From a virus: a stretch of DNA of 64,000 nt. The stretch spans positions 5,503-69,502 of IMG/VR virus record IMGVR_UViG_3300042377_000359. One strand, 5' to 3'. The notes under the pieces are model-generated. The model did not search any database, was not told the origin of the DNA, and worked only from the letters and a program-made list of their open reading frames with translations. The translations under genes and the position numbers were made by a program. Shown piece after piece: positions 9,662-18,981 of the stretch; position 1 is the stretch's first letter; every line of letters starts with the position of its first letter.

Positions 9662-10648
9662 CTATACTTTTTTAGATTTTATATATTCAACTATATTTAC
9701 TTTCTTATAATTAGAAGCAACATCCGTGCCAAACTCTCCAATTCCACCAATAATCATAGGATTTTTTGGCTTTATATTGTCGTTGTCAACTCTAATTTTA
9801 TTCATTTGAATCAATGGTTCTAAAAGTTTTGCAACCCATTTATCAGTCTGCTCTTCTAGCTTATAAGTAGGGTTATCTCTCCAATCACTTGGGGCCCAGT
9901 TAAAGACTCTACTAATATTTAAATTAGGGAAGTTTTCATTCCATGTCTTCATATAGCCATGCAATTGTATCACATGTGCATCGTGGAATCCTTTCTTGCC
10001 GGATTTGAAATCAACAATGGCGCGCACTCTGCTAACTTTCTTACTTTCTTTAGGCTCACCTTTTTTCTCACCACTTTTGTAAACCTCACCAAAGAATCCT
10101 TTCTCTTCAATATTCATCTTACACACAAGGTCAATGGATCCGGCCGCACCACATTTAGATGCAAGCGCAATCTCAATTGCAAACGGTTCAAGATTTACAT
10201 CAAATGCAAATTGTTGGAAAGACAATAAATCTTTTCTTAACTCCCAATACCAATTTTTGGTATTCATTCCTGTTTTGAACTGCCAGTCAAGCAATCGGTC
10301 CGGAAGCGTATCGTAATTAATTTTCTTTGCTATCATGAAATCACAAATCTCACTATGCATAAATGTACCATACGAAGCACGCTCATTTTTATAAGCCTCT
10401 GATTCTTCTTTACCAAGACCAATCATCCAATCAATCAAGAATTGATTTGTCGGCATGTTGTTATGGATTAAAGATGTCCAACTTGTATAAAATTTAGGAT
10501 CACCGGTTGTGTCATCAAGCGTATAATAAAATCTATTATCACCGCCATCCATTCGATATAGTTTATACGCAGGCTCTGTTAGGGCTTTGTCATCGAAAAA
10601 CATTGCCTTTACCTGCTCTAGAGTTAACTCTGTTTTAATAGCATCCAT
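9662..10648 (-). CDS. PD-(D/E)XK exonuclease
   Basis: YGTFMH, AGSIDLV, IVDFKSG and QLHGY motifs. Confidence 0.85.
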   Translation of the reverse strand: MDAIKTELTLEQVKAMFFDDKALTEPAYKLYRMDGGDNRFYYTLDDTTGDPKFYTSWTSLIHNNMPTNQFLIDWMIGLGKEESEAYKNERASYGTFMHSEICDFMIAKKINYDTLPDRLLDWQFKTGMNTKNWYWELRKDLLSFQQFAFDVNLEPFAIEIALASKCGAAGSIDLVCKMNIEEKGFFGEVYKSGEKKGEPKESKKVSRVRAIVDFKSGKKGFHDAHVIQLHGYMKTWNENFPNLNISRVFNWAPSDWRDNPTYKLEEQTDKWVAKLLEPLIQMNKIRVDNDNIKPKNPMIIGGIGEFGTDVASNYKKVNIVEYIKSKKV

Positions 10649-10860
10649 CTTTTTACAAATTCTTTAGTTATCATTTCATTTAATTCAAAAAACTCATCCA
10701 TTTCATATACCTCATTATCACCGGTTATGTGATACTTATTAGGCACTATGTATGAGTCCCATATTGTATTTTTAAACACATAGTTTGTAAACCAGTGTCC
10801 CTTACGGAAGAATTCAACTGTGAATCCCATACCATCATAAGTAATTTTCTTTACGGTCAT
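10624..10860 (-). CDS. Hypothetical protein
   Basis: 78 aa ORF in the operon. Confidence 0.6.
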   Translation of the reverse strand: MTVKKITYDGMGFTVEFFRKGHWFTNYVFKNTIWDSYIVPNKYHITGDNEVYEMDEFFELNEMITKEFVKRWMLLKQS

Positions 10861-11411
10861 ATTAACTCAGTTTTTTCGTGAATTTCTTTGTATGTTCCAT
10901 CCTCTTTGATGCAAGCAGTATGCAAAGCAGCAATAGCATTGAATGCAAGCGCAGTCAAATCTGCCTTACTCTTTGTCTTTTGATAGGTACAATAATGTCT
11001 CATTAAACTCGCCAAGCACTCTTCAATAGGAATGCCCAATAGATAATTAGTTGCCCCGAAATCATTTGAATTGTTTGCTAAATGTTGCCCTATAGCCTCT
11101 ATAGCCCATACACTAACCCAGTCTGGTCGAGCCCTGCCGGTGTCATCAGAGCGTACAGCACCACTTGGAAATCTTCTTATTTTTTTAGAAGATTGGATAT
11201 CAAATTTGATGCTAGGGGGCGTTGTTCTTATACCACCGGATCCGGCACTTGCCGCCTCAAAAATAGGCTCACAATGTGGTTTCAATATACCAACAATCTT
11301 ATCATTATCTTTGATAAAATAATGCAACACAGCTTCTCTTTCGACCTCAAATTCTTTTCCAACATATCGTGGATAAGCCCCATCGATATCTAATACTTTA
11401 ATTCTTTTCAT
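10857..11411 (-). CDS. dATP/dGTP diphosphohydrolase-like protein (DUF5664-like)
   Basis: FPSGAVRSDDTGRARPD, NYLLGIP, SLMRH and ALAFN motifs after an unrelated N-terminal domain. Confidence 0.7.
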   Translation of the reverse strand: MKRIKVLDIDGAYPRYVGKEFEVEREAVLHYFIKDNDKIVGILKPHCEPIFEAASAGSGGIRTTPPSIKFDIQSSKKIRRFPSGAVRSDDTGRARPDWVSVWAIEAIGQHLANNSNDFGATNYLLGIPIEECLASLMRHYCTYQKTKSKADLTALAFNAIAALHTACIKEDGTYKEIHEKTELI

Positions 11412-11421
11412 ACCTTTTGTT

Positions 11422-11799
11422 TTATTCGCCTAATAATGTTTGTGACAAAGCTAAATGTTTTTTATTAATTCCTGCTTTTATTTTGTTAAAATCTTTAATG
11501 TATTCTGGGTATCCAATAGATAGATAATCAGTAAGTTGTTGCCTATAATACACGATTGTACTATGGTCTCGCTTGCCCATCATCCTGCCTAATTCTACTG
11601 TCTTGCAGTTTTTTAAGAAATAAGCAACAAACATCCTTGCCCGTACATAGTGATGCTTCCTCACTTTAGAAAACAATTCCTCCCGCGTTATTGAGAAATA
11701 ATCAATAATAACATTAATGACAATTTCAATCTGATCCTCCTTTTCTAAATCCCCCATAGATACTAATCCTGCGTAAGAATATGGATGCATTATAATCAT
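11422..11799 (-). CDS. DnaA C-terminal-like HTH DNA-binding protein
   Basis: SKVRK..VRAR..AYF and GRMMGKRDHSTIVY match the DnaA domain IV RDHTTV signature. Confidence 0.8.
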   Translation of the reverse strand: MIIMHPYSYAGLVSMGDLEKEDQIEIVINVIIDYFSITREELFSKVRKHHYVRARMFVAYFLKNCKTVELGRMMGKRDHSTIVYYRQQLTDYLSIGYPEYIKDFNKIKAGINKKHLALSQTLLGE

Positions 11800-12110
11800 A
11801 TTATATATTCTACCTTTACCCTTGTTAATACTTTAACATCTCTAAGCTCATTGCTAATTACACCATCCTCATATACAAGCACCGTAGCAGTTTCATACGG
11901 AATGCATTCAACCAAATCAAATGACGATGTTTGTACCGGAAGCTCAAATCTATTAGCCTCAAATGTAAACTTAAAATCTTTGGTCCATCGCGTGAAAATC
12001 CATTCACCATCAATAAACATCTCCCCAACTACCGGAAACTCCTTGTCGCTAGCCTCTAATGTAAATAGCTTTACATCGTGACCACCTTTTGTTGTATACT
12101 CTTTTTTCAT
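11796..12110 (-). CDS. Hypothetical protein
   Basis: 104 aa ORF in the operon. Confidence 0.6.
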   Translation of the reverse strand: MKKEYTTKGGHDVKLFTLEASDKEFPVVGEMFIDGEWIFTRWTKDFKFTFEANRFELPVQTSSFDLVECIPYETATVLVYEDGVISNELRDVKVLTRVKVEYII

Positions 12111-12111
12111 A

Positions 12112-12663
12112 TCAATTAATTATTTGTTTTATCTTCAATATATAATTTGAATCTTCAGCGTATACCTGCCCTAAATATTGCAAATACCCCTCACGATCTA
12201 ATCTACTTAAGTACTTATTGTAATATAAAGCGTAGTCAATACAACAGTCACGCCAACTAGCGTAGACTGCATGCCCACCCTCTATGCCTATAGCCGTTGT
12301 TGCCCTTTGTGTAGCAAGCTTCATGCCAAAGCAGTTGTTATTCTCTTTAAATATTGGTGATTTAAACCCACCGGTCTCAAGCTTCGCCTGGGCAATCACA
12401 ATATCTACATTTTTTACATTTAATGCAACTAATTCTTTTCTAAAATTCTCTTCAGTAAACTGCTTGTCTTTAGCATTCATGAGAACAACTATACGATCCT
12501 CCATCCCCTGCAAGGCTTGCCTAACAGGCATTGAATAACCAATCAGTACTGCAATTAAGAGCGCCCAATATGGGAATAAAATTCTAGTTTTGCTAGATAA
12601 ATCTTCAATATTTATCGTTTGGTAGCAAAATAATTTTTCGATTTTCTTCTTTAATCTCAACAT
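12112..12663 (-). CDS. Membrane-anchored glucosaminidase (GH73-like)
   Basis: TM segment, then AQAKLETG, NNCFGMK and YAEDSNY motifs. Confidence 0.85.
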   Translation of the reverse strand: MLRLKKKIEKLFCYQTINIEDLSSKTRILFPYWALLIAVLIGYSMPVRQALQGMEDRIVVLMNAKDKQFTEENFRKELVALNVKNVDIVIAQAKLETGGFKSPIFKENNNCFGMKLATQRATTAIGIEGGHAVYASWRDCCIDYALYYNKYLSRLDREGYLQYLGQVYAEDSNYILKIKQIIN

Positions 12664-12880
12664 AAAATTTAATTAACTGTTTCTTACTAAACCTTTTAAT
12701 TCTACCATTTACTTGTATGTCATATGATTCTGTACAAGAAGGACCAGCACCAAAAGAAATAATCCGTTTGGTGTTTTTAATCCTACCAATAGCATCAATA
12801 TGCGACAACCGGTACAAGTGACCGTCATCAGCTACAAGGTAATCGGGGGCAAAACTTAATCTATACTTTTCCTTTAACAT
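12605..12880 (-). CDS. Hypothetical protein, NUMOD4-like
   Basis: DYLVADDGHLYRL...GR pattern, no HNH domain. Confidence 0.4.
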   Translation of the reverse strand: MLKEKYRLSFAPDYLVADDGHLYRLSHIDAIGRIKNTKRIISFGAGPSCTESYDIQVNGRIKRFSKKQLIKFYVEIKEENRKIILLPNDKY

Positions 12881-13091
12881 TTCTACATAAATAAGCTAAA
12901 TAACATATTAAATTCATATCGACTATAAAAACGTACAGTATTGCGTACACTATTAAGGACGTTATTTTTAAATCTACCACATAGAATAGTATGAGGCATA
13001 ATAATGTAATACTAAATCCTAACTGTGTCCTATTTATAGTACACAACCAAAATCCAATCAATGTAAATACTGCTAATAATATTCCTATCAT
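12861..13091 (-). CDS. Small membrane protein
   Basis: Almost entirely hydrophobic 76 aa. Confidence 0.55.
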   Translation of the reverse strand: MIGILLAVFTLIGFWLCTINRTQLGFSITLLCLILFYVVDLKITSLIVYAILYVFIVDMNLICYLAYLCRNVKGKV

Positions 13092-13119
13092 AATTTTATT
13101 TTTATACTTACCTTTCGCG

Positions 13120-13293
13120 TTAGTAATTTCTTAAACCATTAATTAGTTTCTCTCTAATATCGCCTGCATCTACCTGCTTCTTTAATAACATCTTCATCAA
13201 ATAATAGCCTTGCATAACCTTGTTAGTCTGGCCATCTACAATTGCTTGGTTATACAATCGTCTTACTCTTTGGATTCTTTTATCGTAGTTCAT
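13120..13293 (-). CDS. Hypothetical protein (57 aa, below track cutoff)
   Basis: MNYDKRIQRVRRLYNQ...LRNY*, ATGA-coupled to the upstream gene, fills the gap. Confidence 0.6.
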   Translation of the reverse strand: MNYDKRIQRVRRLYNQAIVDGQTNKVMQGYYLMKMLLKKQVDAGDIREKLINGLRNY

Positions 13294-13589
13294 AAAATTT
13301 GTGCTAATTCGTGTTTGATAATTAAACTATCTAATTTGGTGAATGATCCTATATGGAAATCATAATAACAATCTAACTCCAATGGCGCTCCCTCTTTCCA
13401 ATCATAAACCGTGCCAACGGATCCGTCATGTGCAATCACGCACCATTCCATATTTACCTTATCCTCACCATCATTGTTTATAGATGCCGGCTGACCCAGT
13501 ACTTTGATTAATTTGTTTGGTGTGGTGTTAACAACGCAATGGTGAAACGATGTTCCCATTGTTTGAGATTCGTCATCTAATCTTTTCAT
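13290..13589 (-). CDS. Conserved phage hypothetical protein
   Basis: GTSFH...LG.P...DKVNMEW...TVYDWK...FHIG pattern common in phage early regions. Confidence 0.7.
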   Translation of the reverse strand: MKRLDDESQTMGTSFHHCVVNTTPNKLIKVLGQPASINNDGEDKVNMEWCVIAHDGSVGTVYDWKEGAPLELDCYYDFHIGSFTKLDSLIIKHELAQIL

Positions 13590-13813
13590 AATGAATATTT
13601 GTTTTTAAATTGTTCGTAAATACTAACTCTTTGTTCTAAATCGTAGCCACACCACTCGCTCCGGATCCCATCAAGCATCTCATCAACTGATGGCTCAACC
13701 TTGTCAAGTAAATCAACACCAAAGATGTCATGCAATGCTACAAATGGTAAGTTTTTAAACCATAACATTAGATATTCCTCGATATCTAATATTTCATTTT
13801 CTAAATTTCTCAT
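13586..13813 (-). CDS. Hypothetical acidic protein
   Basis: 75 aa, ATGA-coupled. Confidence 0.65.
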   Translation of the reverse strand: MRNLENEILDIEEYLMLWFKNLPFVALHDIFGVDLLDKVEPSVDEMLDGIRSEWCGYDLEQRVSIYEQFKNKYSL

Positions 13814-14256
13814 GCTTTTTTTATTTCTTCCTCTAATAATATATCTAAAATGTCATATTGAGATTCATATTCTTCACCTCTAAACTTATAAGTTCCTTCT
13901 TCTTCATCTTCTTCTATCTCTTCGAAATGTGAATCTTCAAGATCATATATGGAGATAAATTCTCCATCGAATATTGCACAACCATAAATCTCGCAACCAA
14001 GCTCTTCATAATAATATTCATATTTCAATCCAAACTTCAATGCAAGCGCATGTATTTGTAAAATGTCTGGCCCCCATTTAGTAATAAAATTAAGCCTTTC
14101 AGAGTCTGCATCTATATCAAAACAATATTTATCATACTCACCATCAAGTAAGAAAATATCATTACCATCTTCTTTTATGCGAGATTTAATAAATTCCATA
14201 CACTCTGATACTTTACCCCCTTGGAATAAAATACTATTGTTACAATCGTTTGCCAT
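13810..14256 (-). CDS. DUF1281/YubB-like ferredoxin-fold acidic protein
   Basis: MANDCNN start, F.TKWGP and YYYEELGCE..G motifs; very acidic tail. Confidence 0.6.
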   Translation of the reverse strand: MANDCNNSILFQGGKVSECMEFIKSRIKEDGNDIFLLDGEYDKYCFDIDADSERLNFITKWGPDILQIHALALKFGLKYEYYYEELGCEIYGCAIFDGEFISIYDLEDSHFEEIEEDEEEGTYKFRGEEYESQYDILDILLEEEIKKA

Positions 14257-14257
14257 A

Positions 14258-14659
14258 TTATTTCCATTGTGAAATTACACTATAATAATAATCATATATC
14301 CCGTTAAATATGTCTTGAGCTTCTTCTGTATATGTGCTATTACCATCCATATCAAATTCATACATTAACGCTTCTTCTTCTTCTTCAAGAGAATCGTTAT
14401 CAAACATTTCTATCTTCGTTTGGTTGTCTGCAAGTTCCGATGCAAGCTCCACAATGTTAACGCACACCATTGAGTCATTTAGATCAGCCTCGTAGGTATC
14501 GAACTCATAGATATTAGTATTGATCATGTCGCAGTTTATAGTGGTTATAAACCAATCTACCGACCAGACTAGACCATTGTCTTCTGCCCATTGTAATTTT
14601 TCTTCTTTTGTTTGCTCGTGCATTTTAAATGGCGATGCAAAGATTCTTTTTTCTTTCAT
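14258..14659 (-). CDS. Hypothetical acidic protein
   Basis: 133 aa; YTEEAQDIFNGIYDYY C-terminus. Confidence 0.65.
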   Translation of the reverse strand: MKEKRIFASPFKMHEQTKEEKLQWAEDNGLVWSVDWFITTINCDMINTNIYEFDTYEADLNDSMVCVNIVELASELADNQTKIEMFDNDSLEEEEEALMYEFDMDGNSTYTEEAQDIFNGIYDYYYSVISQWK

Positions 14660-14663
14660 GTTA

Positions 14664-15086
14664 CTATTTATTTATTTTTTCTGAATAAATTGATTGAGAA
14701 TATTCTCCAACTATATAAACGCAAATCTCATTATACTCTGCGCAGTAATGAATGTCAAAATTATCTTCACCAATCCAAAAATCGGGATCTATAATTTGGA
14801 ACTTAAAGATGTGAGTAGCGTTGTTGTAAACAAATTTAATAGTTCTACTTTTTATTTCAAAAATATAACCAATTTGTTCCAACTCTGCTTTTAAATCTTT
14901 GTACTGGTCCTCGGTTGCATCGGGTAATTCATTCAATGCATCTATATGACATCCCGAATGCTGACCTATGTGCATATAAGAATCTACCATATCTTTACCA
15001 TGAAATTCCACATTATATAGGTTGTCGGGAAAGATTGCTAACACTTCATCGTCAAGAATTTTGAATACCACTTTTGTTGTTTCCAT
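14664..15086 (-). CDS. Conserved phage hypothetical protein
   Basis: VLAIFP...SYMHIGQHS...ATEDQYKDLKAELEQIGY pattern. Confidence 0.7.
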   Translation of the reverse strand: METTKVVFKILDDEVLAIFPDNLYNVEFHGKDMVDSYMHIGQHSGCHIDALNELPDATEDQYKDLKAELEQIGYIFEIKSRTIKFVYNNATHIFKFQIIDPDFWIGEDNFDIHYCAEYNEICVYIVGEYSQSIYSEKINK

Positions 15087-15088
15087 AG

Positions 15089-15379
15089 TTATTTTGTTTT
15101 AGGTGAATAAGTTATTACTTGACATACAAATTCGATAGCATCGTTTATGATTTGATAAATCTCTTCTTCAGTTTTGTTATAGATAGGATTATTTGATATC
15201 ATTCGCATAAATGTTTCAGTAGTGTATGGGCATGGTTTAGAAAAATAATAATCTATATGCTCATCTTTTTCGGTAATACCTTGATGAAAATTCAATCCTA
15301 CAATGTTGTCTTCTTCGTAGGTGATAAAGATGTACCTATCGTACTCTTCGCTTTTTAATACTTTTAAGATTTGTTCCAT
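15089..15379 (-). CDS. Hypothetical protein
   Basis: 96 aa; AGTT-ATG start context. Confidence 0.65.
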   Translation of the reverse strand: MEQILKVLKSEEYDRYIFITYEEDNIVGLNFHQGITEKDEHIDYYFSKPCPYTTETFMRMISNNPIYNKTEEEIYQIINDAIEFVCQVITYSPKTK

Positions 15380-15381
15380 AA

Positions 15382-15678
15382 CTACTGGTTGTTTTTATAT
15401 TGGTTTATAACTTTTTCTATCTCAACTATTGATAAAATATCATCGTTTAATATACTTTGCACTTCGTTTATAAAACTTTCTTTTTTCTTATAATTTAAAA
15501 AAAGACAAATGCAGTCATATGTTGATTTATTAACATCGTTATAACGACTATTGATAAATTCATTATACAAAATAACAAATTCGGCAAATTGTACATCATA
15601 AGGCTCTTCTAAAAGGTCCTTGCGTTTATATCTTGCTAACTCGCAAAATAGGAAAAAATCGTAATTTAATGTCTCCAT
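15382..15678 (-). CDS. Hypothetical protein
   Basis: 98 aa; AGTT-ATG start context. Confidence 0.65.
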   Translation of the reverse strand: METLNYDFFLFCELARYKRKDLLEEPYDVQFAEFVILYNEFINSRYNDVNKSTYDCICLFLNYKKKESFINEVQSILNDDILSIVEIEKVINQYKNNQ

Positions 15679-15682
15679 AACT

Positions 15683-16189
15683 TTATAAATTGTTGTTTAA
15701 AATAAATTCGTTATCTAATAATTTAGCATTGATTTCTGATAGCTTTTGATTGAAAGCAAAATCACTATATACTGATTTAGAAATTTCAAGCATTGCATAT
15801 CTATTCGTATTCAAATCACCCCACAAAATACCTTTTTTCATTTTAGATCCTAACTTCTTCTGCACTTCCATCAATTCGAATAAATAGTCGGCCATATTTG
15901 AGAAACGAATATCTTCAAATTTCCATACAAATGTTGTTGGATATGGACTAAAATTGTAATGCTGATGCGTTCTTTCTTTCCAACCGTTTTCTATCAATAT
16001 TTTTTCTACCAATTCGGTATCAAACTGATAGTCGGCCCCACCTCCCCATCCATCATCGTTAACATAACCAATTTTCTTACCATCAACCCATACATCTGCG
16101 TAGAATCCTTGCAAATCATGACCAAACCCGTTTTTAATGTTTTTTAGCTTTATTCTCCTTGAGATATCAGCCGGAATTAATAATTTCAT
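15683..16189 (-). CDS. Conserved phage hypothetical protein
   Basis: Probable start MKLLIP at 16189; FYADVWVDGKKIG.VNDDGWGG motif. Confidence 0.65.
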   Translation of the reverse strand: MKLLIPADISRRIKLKNIKNGFGHDLQGFYADVWVDGKKIGYVNDDGWGGGADYQFDTELVEKILIENGWKERTHQHYNFSPYPTTFVWKFEDIRFSNMADYLFELMEVQKKLGSKMKKGILWGDLNTNRYAMLEISKSVYSDFAFNQKLSEINAKLLDNEFILNNNL

Positions 16190-16313
16190 TTTTATACTTG
16201 TTTTTGTAATACTACTACCCAAAGCCCCGTTTGGATTACTTTCCACCCCTGCGATTGTAATTTACTCAACTTCTTAAGCCCAGTATCACTATCAATCATT
16301 ATTTGTTTATACT

Positions 16314-16601
16314 TTATTGACAACACAATTCCCAAGCCTCCATCTTCTTAATGGATCTACCATTTAAACCTAACTGCGCAACAATAAACTTCGCTAACTT
16401 CTTTGTGCCGGTATCGGTATCTAATCGATTTGTACCAATTGCATTTACAACATCAGCAGGATCCATGCCTAATACCCTTGAGCAAAATTTAACATCTTGC
16501 CCTAAATAAAAGCTTTTCATTGTTGTTTTTGTCTCACATTGTAGCGTCCATTCGTGACCGAATCCGTAACTACCATCTATTACTATAATATTTGCTTTCA
16601 T
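16314..16601 (-). CDS. Conserved phage hypothetical protein
   Basis: FYLGQDVKFCSRVLGM motif. Confidence 0.7.
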   Translation of the reverse strand: MKANIIVIDGSYGFGHEWTLQCETKTTMKSFYLGQDVKFCSRVLGMDPADVVNAIGTNRLDTDTGTKKLAKFIVAQLGLNGRSIKKMEAWELCCQ

Positions 16602-16608
16602 AACTTTT

Positions 16609-16833
16609 TTAATTATTGTATAACTTATCTAACATTTCTTCTTCCAAATCCTCTAAATCCTCATCGCTGATACCTTCCCAACCACTTCTCCAACTGAATT
16701 GGGTATAATACTCACTCCAAACTACTATAGCCGAAACTTCGCGTTCTTTATCATCAACAATTACCCAGCAGTATAGAACATAAACAGTTTCTACTGTTTT
16801 AATTTCTTTTGCAAAGTTTTTAATTTCTAACAT
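16609..16833 (-). CDS. Hypothetical acidic protein
   Basis: Probable true start MLEIKNF at 16833; the longer track ORF overlaps a better gene in another frame. Confidence 0.6.
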   Translation of the reverse strand: MLEIKNFAKEIKTVETVYVLYCWVIVDDKEREVSAIVVWSEYYTQFSWRSGWEGISDEDLEDLEEEMLDKLYNN

Positions 16834-16846
16834 TTTGCCCTCCTTT

Positions 16847-17011
16847 TTAAAATTGATAATTTTCTGAATCAACCTCTTCCACATTTGAATAATGCGCCTC
16901 TGCAAATTCTTCTGCGTCTTCTTTTGTTTTGAATGATTGGATGTATGGCTCATATTCACCATCAACTAGCCTTTGATACCTAACTTCGTAGGTGATTACT
17001 TTTTTCGCCAT
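16847..17011 (-). CDS. Hypothetical acidic protein (54 aa, not in track)
   Basis: MAKKVITYEVRYQRLVDGEYEPYIQSFKTKEDAEEF...YQF*. Confidence 0.6.
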   Translation of the reverse strand: MAKKVITYEVRYQRLVDGEYEPYIQSFKTKEDAEEFAEAHYSNVEEVDSENYQF

Positions 17012-17204
17012 TGTCTTTTAAATTAATTAACCATGTATTTACTTCTGCTGCTTTCTCATCAAAGGATCCCCAAAATAATGGGTAACCCTTTGATAATAAT
17101 TCAGATTGCTCATCGGATAATTCATACCAATGATTTGTCAACTCATCCATAGCTTTGGATAAATTCTCTACTAATTGAATAGTAGTAGGTGATAGTGCTT
17201 TCAT
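16980..17204 (-). CDS. Hypothetical protein
   Basis: 74 aa, ATGA-coupled. Confidence 0.6.
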   Translation of the reverse strand: MKALSPTTIQLVENLSKAMDELTNHWYELSDEQSELLSKGYPLFWGSFDEKAAEVNTWLINLKDNGEKSNHLRS

Positions 17205-17569
17205 TTTCTTTCTAATTGATAAAGCGCCAATTCAAATTCTTTTGTCATTTCCTCGAAATCGTAAACCCTTTTATTGTCGTCGTCTTCGTCTTCGTAGTAA
17301 TAAATAGGAATATTTATATTATTTGAAGGGTTTAAGTAATTTAATAAATTAACTTCCATTATTAAATTTACATCTGCTCCCCACTCTTCGTTTAAGAATA
17401 CAATTACCGATTTTTCATCTTTTAAATCATGAATTTCCCAATCCGTATCCCATCCATCATCAATTTTTTCTTCTGCAAATGCTCTTAATTTTTCCCATCC
17501 TTCAAAGAATCCCATGTTTTCATTAAATTCTCTTTCAATTACTTGATAAATTTTAATTTTTGTTTCCAT
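17201..17569 (-). CDS. Hypothetical acidic protein
   Basis: 122 aa, strongly acidic; PIYYYEDEDDD...VYDFEEM. Confidence 0.65.
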   Translation of the reverse strand: METKIKIYQVIEREFNENMGFFEGWEKLRAFAEEKIDDGWDTDWEIHDLKDEKSVIVFLNEEWGADVNLIMEVNLLNYLNPSNNINIPIYYYEDEDDDNKRVYDFEEMTKEFELALYQLERK

Positions 17570-18384
17570 TATGCATATAGTCTATTGTCTTTTATATATT
17601 GTCTTCTATTAGCTTTTTTGATTTCAGTTTGTAGCTGACTGATTGCACCCCTAACTACAAAACCAGTAGTATCTTTCTTTGCCTTACCTTTAGCTTTTAA
17701 CCCTACAACACAATTCTTTTTGTGCAAGAATGTAAGGTCATGCTCATCACCATCAATAACCTCATAGCCCTCCCACTTTGTAGGCTTACCATCAAACACT
17801 ACTGCTACATTGAACCCTCGCTTTAAAGCCATCAACGCTTCTATGTGATTGTCTTCCGTCTCTTTGCGTGAGAATGTTAGATGTAAGTTACTCGGCACAT
17901 TACCAAGCCTTTTGTATATTGCCGTATAGTCATAGAATTGAACATCGGGAAACATCTCGAATATATTATTATAGCCGTCAACTTTTATATGCTCGTATGG
18001 TATGTCCGTAGTACCATTTAGCCTAATAGCTATATTCTCTTTTTTATTCTTGACTGCTCGCTTAATTTCCTTGACCATCATTTGCATGAATGCCTCTCTA
18101 TCTCGCAAAAAGAATTCAGTTTTATTTAACCTCCCAATGATCACATTTTCTTGAAACCCACCTCTACCACTTGTAACAAGGCAAGCTTTCTTGCATCCCT
18201 CCGTAGCTTTGGCGCATAGGTTTTTGCCCATACTATTGATGTCAGCAGGCGTACCATAAAGTATAAATGTTTTATACCCTAATTTCTCGCCCTTGATTGT
18301 TTTAGCATTATCAACGCCAAACAATGTTGTAGGTTTTTTGTATTCCCAAAATAACCCTTTCAAATAATTCTTGAAATTACTCAT
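17569..18384 (-). CDS. Gene 88 (GP88)-like protein, Fe-S / radical-SAM-like
   Basis: NLCAKATEGCKKACL (CX6CX3C), IRLNGTTD, FYDYT, HLTFSR, DGDEHDL and GLKAKGKAK motifs. Confidence 0.8.
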   Translation of the reverse strand: MSNFKNYLKGLFWEYKKPTTLFGVDNAKTIKGEKLGYKTFILYGTPADINSMGKNLCAKATEGCKKACLVTSGRGGFQENVIIGRLNKTEFFLRDREAFMQMMVKEIKRAVKNKKENIAIRLNGTTDIPYEHIKVDGYNNIFEMFPDVQFYDYTAIYKRLGNVPSNLHLTFSRKETEDNHIEALMALKRGFNVAVVFDGKPTKWEGYEVIDGDEHDLTFLHKKNCVVGLKAKGKAKKDTTGFVVRGAISQLQTEIKKANRRQYIKDNRLYA

Positions 18385-18404
18385 ATGTATATATAATTAA
18401 ATTG

Positions 18405-18764
18405 TTATAATTCTGCATCAAATCTGCAACTACCTTGCGCAATTATACAATCTCTAATTTGGATCCCAAGCTTAAGATCAGCATAGTCGGATAGCATTTC
18501 GTCGGTTAAACCAATATCTTTTAACATCTTCTCATTATAACCATTGATATATGCAAAAAATTCTTGAATCTTTTGTAGGTTATCTCCTAATGATGCTTGA
18601 ATATTGTTAATTTCTTGCATCACGCCATCCAAATGGTCTTCGTCAAAATAATACTCAATATATTGGGGTTCATTTGCTTCCCCACCAAATCTACTTGCTG
18701 CGTCACTTGATTGTACTGCGAACCAAAATTTACCTTCGATGTCGCCCGTGTAATATCTACCCAT
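18405..18764 (-). CDS. Conserved phage hypothetical protein
   Basis: Probable start MGRYYTGDIEGKFWFAVQSS at 18764; ends C...G.C.FDAEL. Confidence 0.7.
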   Translation of the reverse strand: MGRYYTGDIEGKFWFAVQSSDAASRFGGEANEPQYIEYYFDEDHLDGVMQEINNIQASLGDNLQKIQEFFAYINGYNEKMLKDIGLTDEMLSDYADLKLGIQIRDCIIAQGSCRFDAEL

Positions 18765-18981
18765 AACTTTATTTTTTGTTTTTAAATTGTTTATAAAATA
18801 ACACCCTAATTTATCCAACTTGCAGGTGTTTTGGCTGTCCCTATTTATAGGTTAGGAATAAACTTTTGGTAATAGATAGTCAATCTAAATAGAACCTTGT
18901 TCTATCATCAAGCCCATATGGTTATCACACCATTTCTTATCGTATTGGGCATACTATTTGGTGATTAGCCAAATCGTTTCT

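Noticed and set aside
6934-11411. Z-genome (2-aminoadenine) pathway
   Set aside because: No PurZ or phage DNA polymerase in the window
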